From a virus (lineage: Duplodnaviria; Caudoviricetes), in IMG/VR virus record IMGVR_UViG_3300015360_000048, positions 1 through 57,622 of that record: a stretch of DNA of 57,622 nt; one strand, given 5' to 3'. Of this stretch, positions 24,163-33,131 are shown piece by piece. Each line of letters starts with the position of its first letter. Position 1 is the stretch's first letter. A program made the position numbers and the translations under genes. The notes beneath the pieces were generated by a model. That model was not told the DNA's origin. It searched no databases and worked only from the letters and a program-made list of their open reading frames with translations.

Positions 24163-25181
24163 TAGATTAAAGTCTGAATGATGTCCCAATGATCTTCAAA
24201 AAGGTCATCAGAACGTAGTTCTGATAGTTTGACCCATGCTGCTTTGTCTGCATCATCGGCTCCTCTCACGTCTGGTAGCCCCACATCTGGCAGACTGTTC
24301 AAATCCATCAAGTATGCTTGTGTGATTGTCCGACCGCGTTCAGAGCGGAAGGGCGCATCAAATGTTCTTGTCTTTGTAATTTTGCCACGAAGTAATGCCT
24401 GTGGCAATTTGATTCCTGTCTCTTCTTTGAGCTCACGAATCATTGCATCTTCAAGGCGTTCATCAACTTGAACGAAACCACCTGGTAAAGCCCACAATCC
24501 CTTCCCGGGATCTGCACGACGCCTTACTAAAAGAATGTGTGCTGCCTTGATAAGTACCACATCAACCGTCTGGAAAAATGGCGGATAGGGAGCTGCTTCC
24601 CATTGCTTCTTGTAGTTCTTGATGAATGTGTTTTGAGCAATGAGATCATAATAAACCTTATTGTTATTCCGCAACCATTCTTCAAGATAAGCATTGGTTT
24701 CTTCGGTCAACTGTTCAGGTGAGAATGAATAAAGTTTTTCATCAAACATTCTGTCTCTGATTTGTGTCGCCGACAAAATCACCTGCTGTGGTACATCAAT
24801 TGATTCCCAATAGGGGAACATCTTCAAGTAGAATGAACTGCGATCTTTACTGTGACCGATGACCCCAATATTGGCAGTTTTAGAATTCACAACCAATCGA
24901 TCAATTGAGGCGTGAAGTTCAGACAACCATTTGGTGTCGTCGTAAATCCAGTCTGGATGATAAATGAAATGAAGTCGTTGGCGATCATGTTTATCAAAAT
25001 TCCACATGATCATTTCCATGCGCTCTGAAGCATTCCATGGATTGCGGCCACTGCGGGCACGGTTAGCTCCGCCTAATACGATGATAACGTTCTTCGAAAG
25101 CTCTAATGCTTTTTGAACAACGCTGTGATGGCCTTTGTGGTATGGTTGGAATCGTCCAATAAAGATGAGATAGTCAAACAT
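24162..25181 (-). CDS. Bifunctional NMN adenylyltransferase / ADP-ribose pyrophosphatase (NadM-Nudix, NatV-like)
   Basis: FIGRFQPYHKGH, RNPW, SATQIR; Nudix box GGFV..E.LEDAMIRELKEETG; RSERGRTIT, GADDA, FEDH. Confidence 0.92.
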   Translation of the reverse strand: MFDYLIFIGRFQPYHKGHHSVVQKALELSKNVIIVLGGANRARSGRNPWNASERMEMIMWNFDKHDRQRLHFIYHPDWIYDDTKWLSELHASIDRLVVNSKTANIGVIGHSKDRSSFYLKMFPYWESIDVPQQVILSATQIRDRMFDEKLYSFSPEQLTEETNAYLEEWLRNNNKVYYDLIAQNTFIKNYKKQWEAAPYPPFFQTVDVVLIKAAHILLVRRRADPGKGLWALPGGFVQVDERLEDAMIRELKEETGIKLPQALLRGKITKTRTFDAPFRSERGRTITQAYLMDLNSLPDVGLPDVRGADDADKAAWVKLSELRSDDLFEDHWDIIQTLI

Positions 25182-25225
25182 AGCAAGCTCCTTGCTAAAA
25201 AGTTACCAGGGGTCTTTCTCCAGGT
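25181..25225 (-). promoter_or_regulatory. Two-hairpin leader of the nadM-Nudix gene, same design as the nadV leader
   Basis: ACCTGGAG-AAAGA-CCCCTGGT then TAGCAAG-GAG-CTTGCTA overlapping the ATG. Confidence 0.55.
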
Positions 25226-25284
25226 GTGATGTATGGCATCACTTATAACCTTACTTATAACATAGAACTTGAAAGAATATCAAG

Positions 25285-25794
25285 TTATTCTACGAGCTGC
25301 GAATAGTAAATGTGAGCGCCTACCGTCTTACCCTTGGCACCCTTCGACCACTTCGGAGTAATTCTTTTTTCATGATAAAACTTAGCGCCTTTTGTTGTGT
25401 CACCGTGCACTCCACGCAATGTTCCCATCACAGTGATTAAGATACCCGTAAGACGCATTTTTTCACGACGTCCTGCTGGTGTTACATCATCTGAGAGGTC
25501 ATCGAAGTAACATGAAAACTGCTTAAAGTCTCGTGCTACGCCACAAATTGAAGTTGACCAGCGCTTCTTCTTATCTTTCGTGCGGTTGATCATCACGTTC
25601 GTTATCGCAATCCACTCTTCGCGATTTTGACCACGCGCTTCGTGCCAAACTGTTTGAGCCGCACAGAACACATCGCGTTCAGTGTAAACACCTGCATCAG
25701 CATGTGAGTTAAACAAAGAACCCACCATTGACATTACCTTTATTGTCATCCCACTCATAGCCATCTTAAAGTACCACCTTTTGTTAAGTCCCAA
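25285..25794 (-). CDS. Cell wall hydrolase, SleB/Hydrolase_2 family
   Basis: CAAQTVWHEARGQ, NVMINR, SICGV..QFS, TKGAKFYH..PKWS, VGAHIYY. Confidence 0.85.
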   Translation of the reverse strand: MGLNKRWYFKMAMSGMTIKVMSMVGSLFNSHADAGVYTERDVFCAAQTVWHEARGQNREEWIAITNVMINRTKDKKKRWSTSICGVARDFKQFSCYFDDLSDDVTPAGRREKMRLTGILITVMGTLRGVHGDTTKGAKFYHEKRITPKWSKGAKGKTVGAHIYYSQLVE

Positions 25795-25863
25795 TATGAA
25801 TATGATAACACATTCTAGAAATATAACAATTGGAAACGGTGGGTTGAGTTACTCAAAAGTAAA

Positions 25864-25886
25864 CCCCGGAACTAGCTGTTCCGGGG
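25864..25886 (-). terminator. Rho-independent terminator downstream of regA and the candidate ncRNA
   Basis: CCCCGGAAC-agcta-GTTCCGGGG followed by TTTT on the minus strand. Confidence 0.75.
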
Positions 25887-25943
25887 CTTGATATCTTGAT
25901 AAAAATATCTTTACATACTAGGTTCTACATTAGAGCCTTCAGT

Positions 25944-26035
25944 TTGCACCAGACAGCTCAATCGTTACGCCCGTTCTTAGCGCCACTGGTTTAATTGATC
26001 CGCAACGGGGAAGCATGATCATTCGGTGGGTGCAA
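25944..26035 (-). ncRNA. Candidate structured ncRNA of unknown class
   Basis: TTGCACC/GGTGCAA closing stem; two internal hairpins with complementary loop segments CCCGTT and AACGGG. Confidence 0.4.
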
Positions 26036-26051
26036 TTACGAGTAGTCCTAA

Positions 26052-26543
26052 TTACGCTACCTTTGGAATTGCTTCCTCAGGCATTCTCTTCTTTCCAATG
26101 CTATACTTCGGAATCAAAGTCCACTGGTCTTTCTCTTTAAATGAAAGAACTTTAATCTTCGAGAGCGGGCACGTCAGTTCAGTTGTTTTAACTTTATCGA
26201 CTACTTTAATCAAGTCCCATTCTGAGAGAAGATTGGCAATTGTATTTCTACGTGCTTTATCTTCTTCTGAGAAGTTTGTTGGTTTGCCGTCAAGCATAAA
26301 CAGTTCCTTGAAATGAACTAGATAATACTTTTCCTTCTTGTGTAAGATATGACAACTCTGATAAAGCTCATGTTTCGAGGATGAAGCGACACCGATACGG
26401 GTCAATGTTTCTTTCACTTTCAAGAAGTTATCCTGTAACGGCAAAGAAATTTCCACCATACTATCGACAATAACTTTCTGTCTTTCTTGAGATCTTAGGT
26501 ATTCTTCAGTTTTGTCTGAATTGTTATCCATTATTTTATCCAC
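26052..26543 (-). CDS. regA: Translational repressor RegA
   Basis: DNFLKVKETLTRIGVAS, LYQSCHILHK, YYLVHFKELF.LDG, RRNTIANLL.EW. Confidence 0.95.
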   Translation of the reverse strand: MDKIMDNNSDKTEEYLRSQERQKVIVDSMVEISLPLQDNFLKVKETLTRIGVASSSKHELYQSCHILHKKEKYYLVHFKELFMLDGKPTNFSEEDKARRNTIANLLSEWDLIKVVDKVKTTELTCPLSKIKVLSFKEKDQWTLIPKYSIGKKRMPEEAIPKVA

Positions 26544-26943
26544 CTTTGTCTATTTTCTGTATGATGTCGTCAATCTGTTCTTCTGTGAGAACCTTCATGA
26601 TGTGCCTCATCTTCCGTGGATTGCATCCACAAGCCATGCACAAGGCTTTAATGTGTTCTTCTCCGTATTCTTTTTCAGCTTTATCGCGTCTAAACCAACG
26701 CTCTGCTTTCGCGATCGTGTTATAGAGGAAATCATAATGCTGCTTGTTCGTCAAACCCTGCAACTGGTTGGCTTCATTCGCCAACATGATGCTATTAACG
26801 AAATTTGAGAAATACAAGTTTATGTTTCTTTGAACATATTCTTTATTGGAAGGCATATCATCTTCAGTCTTAATATGGCCTTTCTTCTGACCAATGCTAT
26901 TGATAATATCCCAATGGGTCCATTCCTGTGACATTAGTAGCAC
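26536..26943 (-). CDS. gp62: Clamp loader small subunit (T4 gp62)
   Basis: Position between gp44 and regA; ANEAN..HYDFLYN..RWF pattern, C-terminal KGG. Confidence 0.8.
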   Translation of the reverse strand: MLLMSQEWTHWDIINSIGQKKGHIKTEDDMPSNKEYVQRNINLYFSNFVNSIMLANEANQLQGLTNKQHYDFLYNTIAKAERWFRRDKAEKEYGEEHIKALCMACGCNPRKMRHIMKVLTEEQIDDIIQKIDKGG

Positions 26944-27887
26944 GACGCCATAATTTCAACCAACATAGCGGTCGTGTTGATTTCAATATGTGAAACCGTC
27001 GATGCTTGATGGTCGTATCTGTTCATGATCAACAGAAGGTTGGGCTGTTTGCTAATGTCAAGTTTTGCTGTTAGCTGAGTGTAAAGCTCTTCCAAGAAAC
27101 TCGAGAAGTCAAGGTCTGAGTTATCTCTAACCCATTTTCTCATTCCAGTGAAATCTTTCTTGGCTAACTGTTCTAGTAGCCTATCGAGACTGACCATTTC
27201 GATCTGAACCAAGATTCCTGAATCAATACGCTTACCGCCTTTTGAGTAACGCTGTAATTCGCTGATACATTTTCTTAAATCTGGATAGAACTTTTTATAG
27301 ATTTCAACCACTACTTTGGGATCATGATCAACATTTTCTGTTTTAAGAATATATAGGAGGCGCTCGACCTGCTGTATTTTCAAGGCTGCTGATTCCTGAG
27401 CCGTGATATTTGCAAAGTTGAAATCTATTGTTGAAAGCCTTGACTTCAGTTCCTTGATAATCCGGTTCGGATAATTGCAAGTTAGAATGAAACCACAGTT
27501 CTGGGAGAATTCTTCGATGAAGTTTCTAAGAGCTGGTTGAATCCATAACTTGTGAAGATAATCTGCTTCATCCAAGATAACGTATTTTCTACCGTGCCCC
27601 TTCAAAGTTACCGTGGAAGCGAAGTCTGTAATTGAAGTTCTTAAAACATCAATACCAGCATTCAACGATCCATTGATAACCATAAACTCTGCATCGAGAT
27701 CTTTCATTGCAGCTTTAGCAATGGTCGTCTTGCCAATACCAGCTGAACCGGTAAGCAAGAGATTTGGTAAGTAACCACTTTGAATAAAGTTCGCGAAAGT
27801 CTCTTTTACCGTGTTTGGCAAAGCGACATCGACAATACTTCTAGGACGATATTTTTCCGCCCATAGTACATCTTCTAAAATTTCCAT
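26934..27887 (-). CDS. gp44: Clamp loader AAA+ subunit (T4 gp44)
   Basis: LWAEKYRP, GSAGIGKTT, LDEADYL, QPALRNFIEEFS, SRL. Confidence 0.95.
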   Translation of the reverse strand: MEILEDVLWAEKYRPRSIVDVALPNTVKETFANFIQSGYLPNLLLTGSAGIGKTTIAKAAMKDLDAEFMVINGSLNAGIDVLRTSITDFASTVTLKGHGRKYVILDEADYLHKLWIQPALRNFIEEFSQNCGFILTCNYPNRIIKELKSRLSTIDFNFANITAQESAALKIQQVERLLYILKTENVDHDPKVVVEIYKKFYPDLRKCISELQRYSKGGKRIDSGILVQIEMVSLDRLLEQLAKKDFTGMRKWVRDNSDLDFSSFLEELYTQLTAKLDISKQPNLLLIMNRYDHQASTVSHIEINTTAMLVEIMASCY

Positions 27888-27891
27888 TCAA

Positions 27892-28566
27892 TCAAGCCTC
27901 CAAGAATGAAGGCTTCTTGACCGATGGAATAAAGTATTTCAATTTTCTATTTTTGGAAATAAAACAAACGAACATCTTATCTGTGAAGTGTACATCGTAA
28001 TCATCCCCGAGCATTGGGAGATTCAAAGCTGAAAGAACATATCTGAACTTCTTTGTTGTCGGCCCTAACTCATACATGGCACCATCAGAATCAGATTCCT
28101 TTGTGTCCATGGTTCTTACAATCATCTTTTCACCGTCACCTTCAAACGAGAGTGAATCTTGATTATAAATTGAATTTGCTTTGATTACCGTCTTGAGAAG
28201 ATCCTTATCCATTGAAATTTGCATAACAATCTCACCTGGGCTCAATGCCTTGTCTAGAGGTGGATGCTTAATAAGGATTGGATTACAGAACTTAAATGTT
28301 GCATCATGAGTTCCTTCTTTTAGAAAGACCTGTGAATCTGAAAATTCAACGTCTGGTGTATTGAACAACGAAAAGATCCCTAGGAATTTGTTCAGGTCAT
28401 AGATACCAAATTGTTTTGGGATCTCTTCGTCGATCTCGGCTTCGGCGTATATACCGCCGGTTGGAGATAAGAGTTTTTGTGTTTTGCCTTCTAGAAACAA
28501 AATAGATTTATTGATCGTCGCAAAGTTTTGTAGAATTTCCAGTGAGGACTGGCTGAATTTTAGCAT
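27892..28566 (-). CDS. gp45: Sliding clamp (T4 gp45)
   Basis: LEILQNFATINKSI, FGIYDLNKFL; synteny. Confidence 0.92.
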   Translation of the reverse strand: MLKFSQSSLEILQNFATINKSILFLEGKTQKLLSPTGGIYAEAEIDEEIPKQFGIYDLNKFLGIFSLFNTPDVEFSDSQVFLKEGTHDATFKFCNPILIKHPPLDKALSPGEIVMQISMDKDLLKTVIKANSIYNQDSLSFEGDGEKMIVRTMDTKESDSDGAMYELGPTTKKFRYVLSALNLPMLGDDYDVHFTDKMFVCFISKNRKLKYFIPSVKKPSFLEA

Positions 28567-28862
28567 TAAGTATTATCATCCTTTTTAGGTTTCATTTTGT
28601 CTAAGCAGTACATCGCCATTATTCCAAAATGTATTATTTTCAATAGGTCTTGTCTGTTGTACCCCTCTTTAAGACCAAATCTGTCGGCATATTTCATTGC
28701 ACTGCTTGTGCTGAAATACAGACCTCTGAGGGGAATCTTGGAAATTAGTTCAAAAGTTTGAACCGAATTATCATTGTTACTATAATGTTTTCTGTAAGTA
28801 GAATCAATGTAATTCTTTAACTCTTCAAGAATTTCTGCTTCTTTAAATTTATAATCGACCAA
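28566..28862 (-). CDS. Conserved hypothetical (DUF3310-like)
   Basis: YKFKE..ILEELKNYIDSTY..HYS, KYADRFG.K.GYNRQDLLKIIH; TTG start. Confidence 0.6.
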   Translation of the reverse strand: MVDYKFKEAEILEELKNYIDSTYRKHYSNNDNSVQTFELISKIPLRGLYFSTSSAMKYADRFGLKEGYNRQDLLKIIHFGIMAMYCLDKMKPKKDDNT

Positions 28863-29768
28863 TTACTTTTTCAAGCCTTTCAATTTTGATGGATCGGCTG
28901 TTAATGACACACCTGCTGCGGCGAGTGCACTAACATTTCCTTTGAACGAATATGAACCGATGTGGTTCAAAGTCATCCATGGACAAACCCAAACCTTACC
29001 ACCAGCTTGTCGAACCATCTGACAGAACATATAGTCTTCCGAAAGTAATCTTTCAGTTTTTGGATCTACTTCTACTGGGAAATAATTATGGATATATCTA
29101 ACGCCATCGAAATCTTTGTTCCGGGCGTGATCGGGTTTGTATTTTCGTTCAGGAAACTTCTTCTTAAATTTTTCAAAAGTTCCACGTTGAATCATCATAA
29201 ACCCAGTCCCCGATTCAAATACTTCAAGCGGCTGGAATAGATTCACTTCTGTTCCTGGCTTCATAGGAAGGCAATTGAAAACGAAATCTCCAACGAAATC
29301 TTCTAATTGGAAAGGGTTCTGATCAGCAAAGCCTTTGTTGACAGCCACCATAACCTTTTCCCACGAGATATTCTTCTTGGGATACGGGCCACATATGATG
29401 TCTTTATCTCCGCCTGGATCGGCAAGATTCAAAAGAGCTAAGACGTTTACGGGATCAAACTCAATATCAGAGTCGATGAAGATCATATGAGTAAACTCTT
29501 CGTTTCTCATAAACTCATCGGCGCAATAGTTTCTAGCACGCTGAATCAAAGATTCATTAAACATGCAATAGAACTGCATGGGAATCTTATGGCGTTCGCA
29601 AAGAATTGCTAGATTTACTAGAGACTGGGTATATTGACCAGTGCACATCCCGCCATACATTGGCGTGACAACTAGGAGTTTATATTTTCTTAATTTCTCT
29701 ACTGAAATGGCCATTTCAGGGACCCCTTCTTGAGGTCCCTGTTTAAGCTTCTTATCTTCTAAATTCAT
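28863..29768 (-). CDS. GT-A fold glycosyltransferase-like protein
   Basis: TPMYGG, ESLIQRARN, FIDSDI (DxD), GPYPKK, GTGFMMI, LSEDYMFC, LNHIG. Confidence 0.72.
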   Translation of the reverse strand: MNLEDKKLKQGPQEGVPEMAISVEKLRKYKLLVVTPMYGGMCTGQYTQSLVNLAILCERHKIPMQFYCMFNESLIQRARNYCADEFMRNEEFTHMIFIDSDIEFDPVNVLALLNLADPGGDKDIICGPYPKKNISWEKVMVAVNKGFADQNPFQLEDFVGDFVFNCLPMKPGTEVNLFQPLEVFESGTGFMMIQRGTFEKFKKKFPERKYKPDHARNKDFDGVRYIHNYFPVEVDPKTERLLSEDYMFCQMVRQAGGKVWVCPWMTLNHIGSYSFKGNVSALAAAGVSLTADPSKLKGLKK

Positions 29769-29779
29769 TCATTCCTTTA

Positions 29780-30721
29780 TTAAGGGGCCTTGGTGCCATT
29801 AAATGGCCGGAAGTTCCCCATCTGGAGATCTTCCATCGCCTTCTTCTTGAGTCTTTCTTGTTCTGCTACTGACACCGGCGAAATCGCGTTGAACATCTGC
29901 ATAAAGCTGTCCTTCGTGTGCGTTGGGAATCTGTTGAAACACATTTCCAATGCCGTTGTTTCTTCGCCCCATATCGAATACGCCTTCAAAATGTGAACAA
30001 GTCTACGAGTTGAAAGTGTGAATTCTTGGTTCCCAACCTTGTGGGATGTCCGAATCTTATTCGCCAACTCAATAATGTTGTTGACGAACGTTTCTTTTCC
30101 TTTGATCTTCAGTGTCTCACAGTTGTTCAAAAGAATTCTTGTTTCCAACTGAACTGAAGGATAGTTGATTTCGAACGTGAGCGGGAAACGTTCCAGGAAC
30201 GCTTCGTTCAAGCACTGTGTACCGATAAACGAGCCTGTGTCATCCCCCAAGCCCTTGGTATTTGCCGTCGCCGTGATTTGGAAACCCTTGGCCGGCGTGA
30301 TCCATTCCTTGGTCCGCTTCACATAATAGCCGCGACCTTCAATAACCGACTGCAAACACATAATCTTCGTTGGGCTTGCCAAGTCTACTTCATCGAGAAG
30401 AAGCATTGCCCCCTGTTGCATCGCCTTAACAACCGGCCCATGCTCGAAAACAGTGTTGCCGTCTTTCAACCGATAACCGCCCATCAAGGCGTCTTCATCA
30501 GTTTCAATTGTCAAGTTGACACGAAACATTTCGTGCTTACGTTCTGCACAACACATTTCAACCATCATTGTTTTGCCGGCGCCCGAAGGTCCAGTAAACA
30601 GAATTGGATAAAACATGCCGCTGGCACCGACCATTAGCAGGTTCTTGTAGTCTTGAGTTGGAACAAAGTGCTTGTCCCATTGTGGTATTACACCACAAGT
30701 CTCATCGGCGCCTTCAATCAT
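29780..30721 (-). CDS. MoxR/CobS-like AAA+ ATPase
   Basis: GPSGAGKT, RVNLT.ETDED.LMGG, LLDEVD, ATANTKG, LNEAFLERF, STRRL. Confidence 0.88.
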   Translation of the reverse strand: MIEGADETCGVIPQWDKHFVPTQDYKNLLMVGASGMFYPILFTGPSGAGKTMMVEMCCAERKHEMFRVNLTIETDEDALMGGYRLKDGNTVFEHGPVVKAMQQGAMLLLDEVDLASPTKIMCLQSVIEGRGYYVKRTKEWITPAKGFQITATANTKGLGDDTGSFIGTQCLNEAFLERFPLTFEINYPSVQLETRILLNNCETLKIKGKETFVNNIIELANKIRTSHKVGNQEFTLSTRRLVHILKAYSIWGEETTALEMCFNRFPTHTKDSFMQMFNAISPVSVAEQERLKKKAMEDLQMGNFRPFNGTKAP

Positions 30722-32583
30722 ATTACCTTCCTTTTCACTTTTGACATAGTCTCTATCATCTTCTCAATAAACATATTACTATTAGAAGCTGAAGAAAACA
30801 AGTTTTGATTTACCTTAAACGTTGCTGTCGTCCCATTATATTCTTCTAATATCTCAATCTTTGTATTATGCGTAATATCGAAGTTGAAAACGTTGCATCC
30901 CAGGCGCTGCCTCAAGATTTCATACAGTGCCGGCGTATTGTCACCTCTTGATCCATCTTTACGAGTGGTTGTATGTGTGATACGTGTCCGTTCGTCTACG
31001 ATGTAATCATAAACGTTTCCACAAGTGCATCCGCCGTCTGTAAGGAAGATGCAGTTGAGAACGTCGATAGCATATCTTGCTTTCATCTCTTCACCAATCT
31101 TCTTCACATAATTTACTGAAGTCGACAGTGGAGTTCCACCCAAGTCTGAGAACTGTGTAAGTATTTCGAGGTTTTCTCTGTTCTTCTGCAATGTAAATTC
31201 GCTGCTGAAGAATTCGATCATACCAAATTTGCCTTGAGCAAAGTGCGTGTCTTTGATCGTCTCTGCTTTGCCATAAATATCGGAAAAACCAAACACCTTA
31301 TAGGGAACTCTGAGCCGTTGGCAAAACTGCGTCAGCTTGTAGGTGTACTGCATAACTGAACTGAATATGCCGCTCATTGAACCGCTGCAATCAACAACCA
31401 TAATGAAACCATGGTTTTTGTTGTCGTGGGTGATAACGTTCTTTGAAAAGATTTTGTCGTCGAACATATACTTGTGCAAAGCATTCATATCCAACTGACC
31501 TTTTTGAACTTCGTAGATTCTGGCCATGTCACGTGCCTTCATCTTACGTTCAAACACCGAGGCCATATAATTGACATAGTCCCTGTTCGTCGCTGCCAGT
31601 TTTGAATCTCTGGAGCGGTTCTTGAGCACTTGAGACAACGGCACAATGAAATCACGCCAATTCGTTGGATCCTTCATGTAGAGGTATTTCTTGTTATAAT
31701 TGTATGAAGGAGTCATCCGTTCTGATTTGTTTGCTTTAGACTGTACATCAATTGGTGTGGAGCCGGTAATGATCTTTTCAAGTTCCTTACCGAGTTCCGA
31801 GTTAGGGTCGACATCCATCTTGATGCCTTTAACTTCACGTCCGTTAACGTCGTAGAACTTTCCGTCCTTACCTTGCTTGACAACCGAGAAGCCCATGAGC
31901 TTTTGGCTCTGTGCATACAGTTCTTTTTCTTCTTCCTTGAACTGTTCAAACAAACGTTCGGCGATGTCAATGACCTGAGGGAACGTTTGCACGTCTCTGA
32001 TCTCCTGTACGATCGCTTCGTCTTTTGCTTTGAACTGCACGTTGAACGGATTGTCCAGCGGCGAAGTTTTGAAATATGTATTGATCAAATCTGGAAGCGA
32101 GCGTTCCTGCAACGGCTTCGCTGTTGGATCCTTCATACGGAAGAAGTCTTTTTCAACCATAATGTCGGTGATACCTTTGATGTACCACTTCTGAGTCCCT
32201 GGATACTTTCGTTGTACTAGCCGATCAATACGGCAATCTTCAACAATGTTCAGGATGGACTGAAACAATTGCTGGTCTTTTTCTGGTTTGGATTTGATAG
32301 TCTTCAACCACAATTCACAGTCAGTCCAAATTGCATGGCTGACTTCGTGGGTCAATAAGAAATTGAAAGTATCTGGTTCAACGTCCCAGTCGGGAACAAA
32401 AATCGTTTTGGATTGGAGATCAATAAAGGCCGTGTCAATAGTATCTTGAACCTGAACATAGAGGTTCTCAGAAGACAATATCTTCGCGAACGTGCTTCCG
32501 TAGGAAACGCTAAAAGGCTCACGCTTACGGTTAGTTGGCGATATACTTTTCTTCTCTGGTACTAAGATTTGAAAGGCCATCAA
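30718..32583 (-). CDS. Metallopeptidase-like (HExxH) plus vWA domain protein; partner of the MoxR ATPase
   Basis: HEVSH, NIVEDCRID; MIDAS DCSGSM, GGTPL, FLTDG. Confidence 0.82.
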   Translation of the reverse strand: MMAFQILVPEKKSISPTNRKREPFSVSYGSTFAKILSSENLYVQVQDTIDTAFIDLQSKTIFVPDWDVEPDTFNFLLTHEVSHAIWTDCELWLKTIKSKPEKDQQLFQSILNIVEDCRIDRLVQRKYPGTQKWYIKGITDIMVEKDFFRMKDPTAKPLQERSLPDLINTYFKTSPLDNPFNVQFKAKDEAIVQEIRDVQTFPQVIDIAERLFEQFKEEEKELYAQSQKLMGFSVVKQGKDGKFYDVNGREVKGIKMDVDPNSELGKELEKIITGSTPIDVQSKANKSERMTPSYNYNKKYLYMKDPTNWRDFIVPLSQVLKNRSRDSKLAATNRDYVNYMASVFERKMKARDMARIYEVQKGQLDMNALHKYMFDDKIFSKNVITHDNKNHGFIMVVDCSGSMSGIFSSVMQYTYKLTQFCQRLRVPYKVFGFSDIYGKAETIKDTHFAQGKFGMIEFFSSEFTLQKNRENLEILTQFSDLGGTPLSTSVNYVKKIGEEMKARYAIDVLNCIFLTDGGCTCGNVYDYIVDERTRITHTTTRKDGSRGDNTPALYEILRQRLGCNVFNFDITHNTKIEILEEYNGTTATFKVNQNLFSSASNSNMFIEKMIETMSKVKRKVI

Positions 32584-33131
32584 TCAATCCTATTGTTCAT
32601 TTTGTATAACATTCCTGCCTTATATATAACAGGAAATTTGTGCTTTGTCAATTTTCTTACCAACAATTCTAACTTTGGCCGACTAGATCCCCAAAGAATA
32701 GTCTTGCCTTGTAAATGTTCGTATTCGTGCTGAAAGATACGAGCTGTGAGATCTTCGTATTTTTCAGTTACAGTTACTCCATCCCAGGTTTCATAACGAA
32801 CTTTAACCCATTGGGCCCTGAAGACTGCTCCCTTAATTCCCGGGAGTGAAAGACATCCTTCTTCCATAATTGAAAGATTCGGTGATTGATCAATAATTCT
32901 GGGATTGAAGGCGCCCACGATATTATCTGGATCATGCCAAGCACCCATTATAAACATAGAATAAGGCATACCAACCTGATTAGCTGAGAGGCCAACGCCT
33001 TCGAGCTTAATCAAGGTTTCTTTCATCATATCATATAAGTGCTGAGGATTTATTGGGGGTTCAGCGAAATTAAATCTGGTAGCAGGGGTGTAAAGTCTTT
33101 CGTCATCATACGAAATCATTTCTAAAGGCAT
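32580..33131 (-). CDS. def: Peptide deformylase
   Basis: GVGLSANQVG, NP, EEGCLSLPG, ARIFQHEYEHLQG. Confidence 0.88.
   Translation of the reverse strand: MPLEMISYDDERLYTPATRFNFAEPPINPQHLYDMMKETLIKLEGVGLSANQVGMPYSMFIMGAWHDPDNIVGAFNPRIIDQSPNLSIMEEGCLSLPGIKGAVFRAQWVKVRYETWDGVTVTEKYEDLTARIFQHEYEHLQGKTILWGSSRPKLELLVRKLTKHKFPVIYKAGMLYKMNNRID

Noticed and set aside
29780-30721. cobS as a cobalamin-biosynthesis gene supporting the class II RNR
   Set aside because: Generic MoxR AAA+ paired with a vWA protein; no cobN or other cob genes here.
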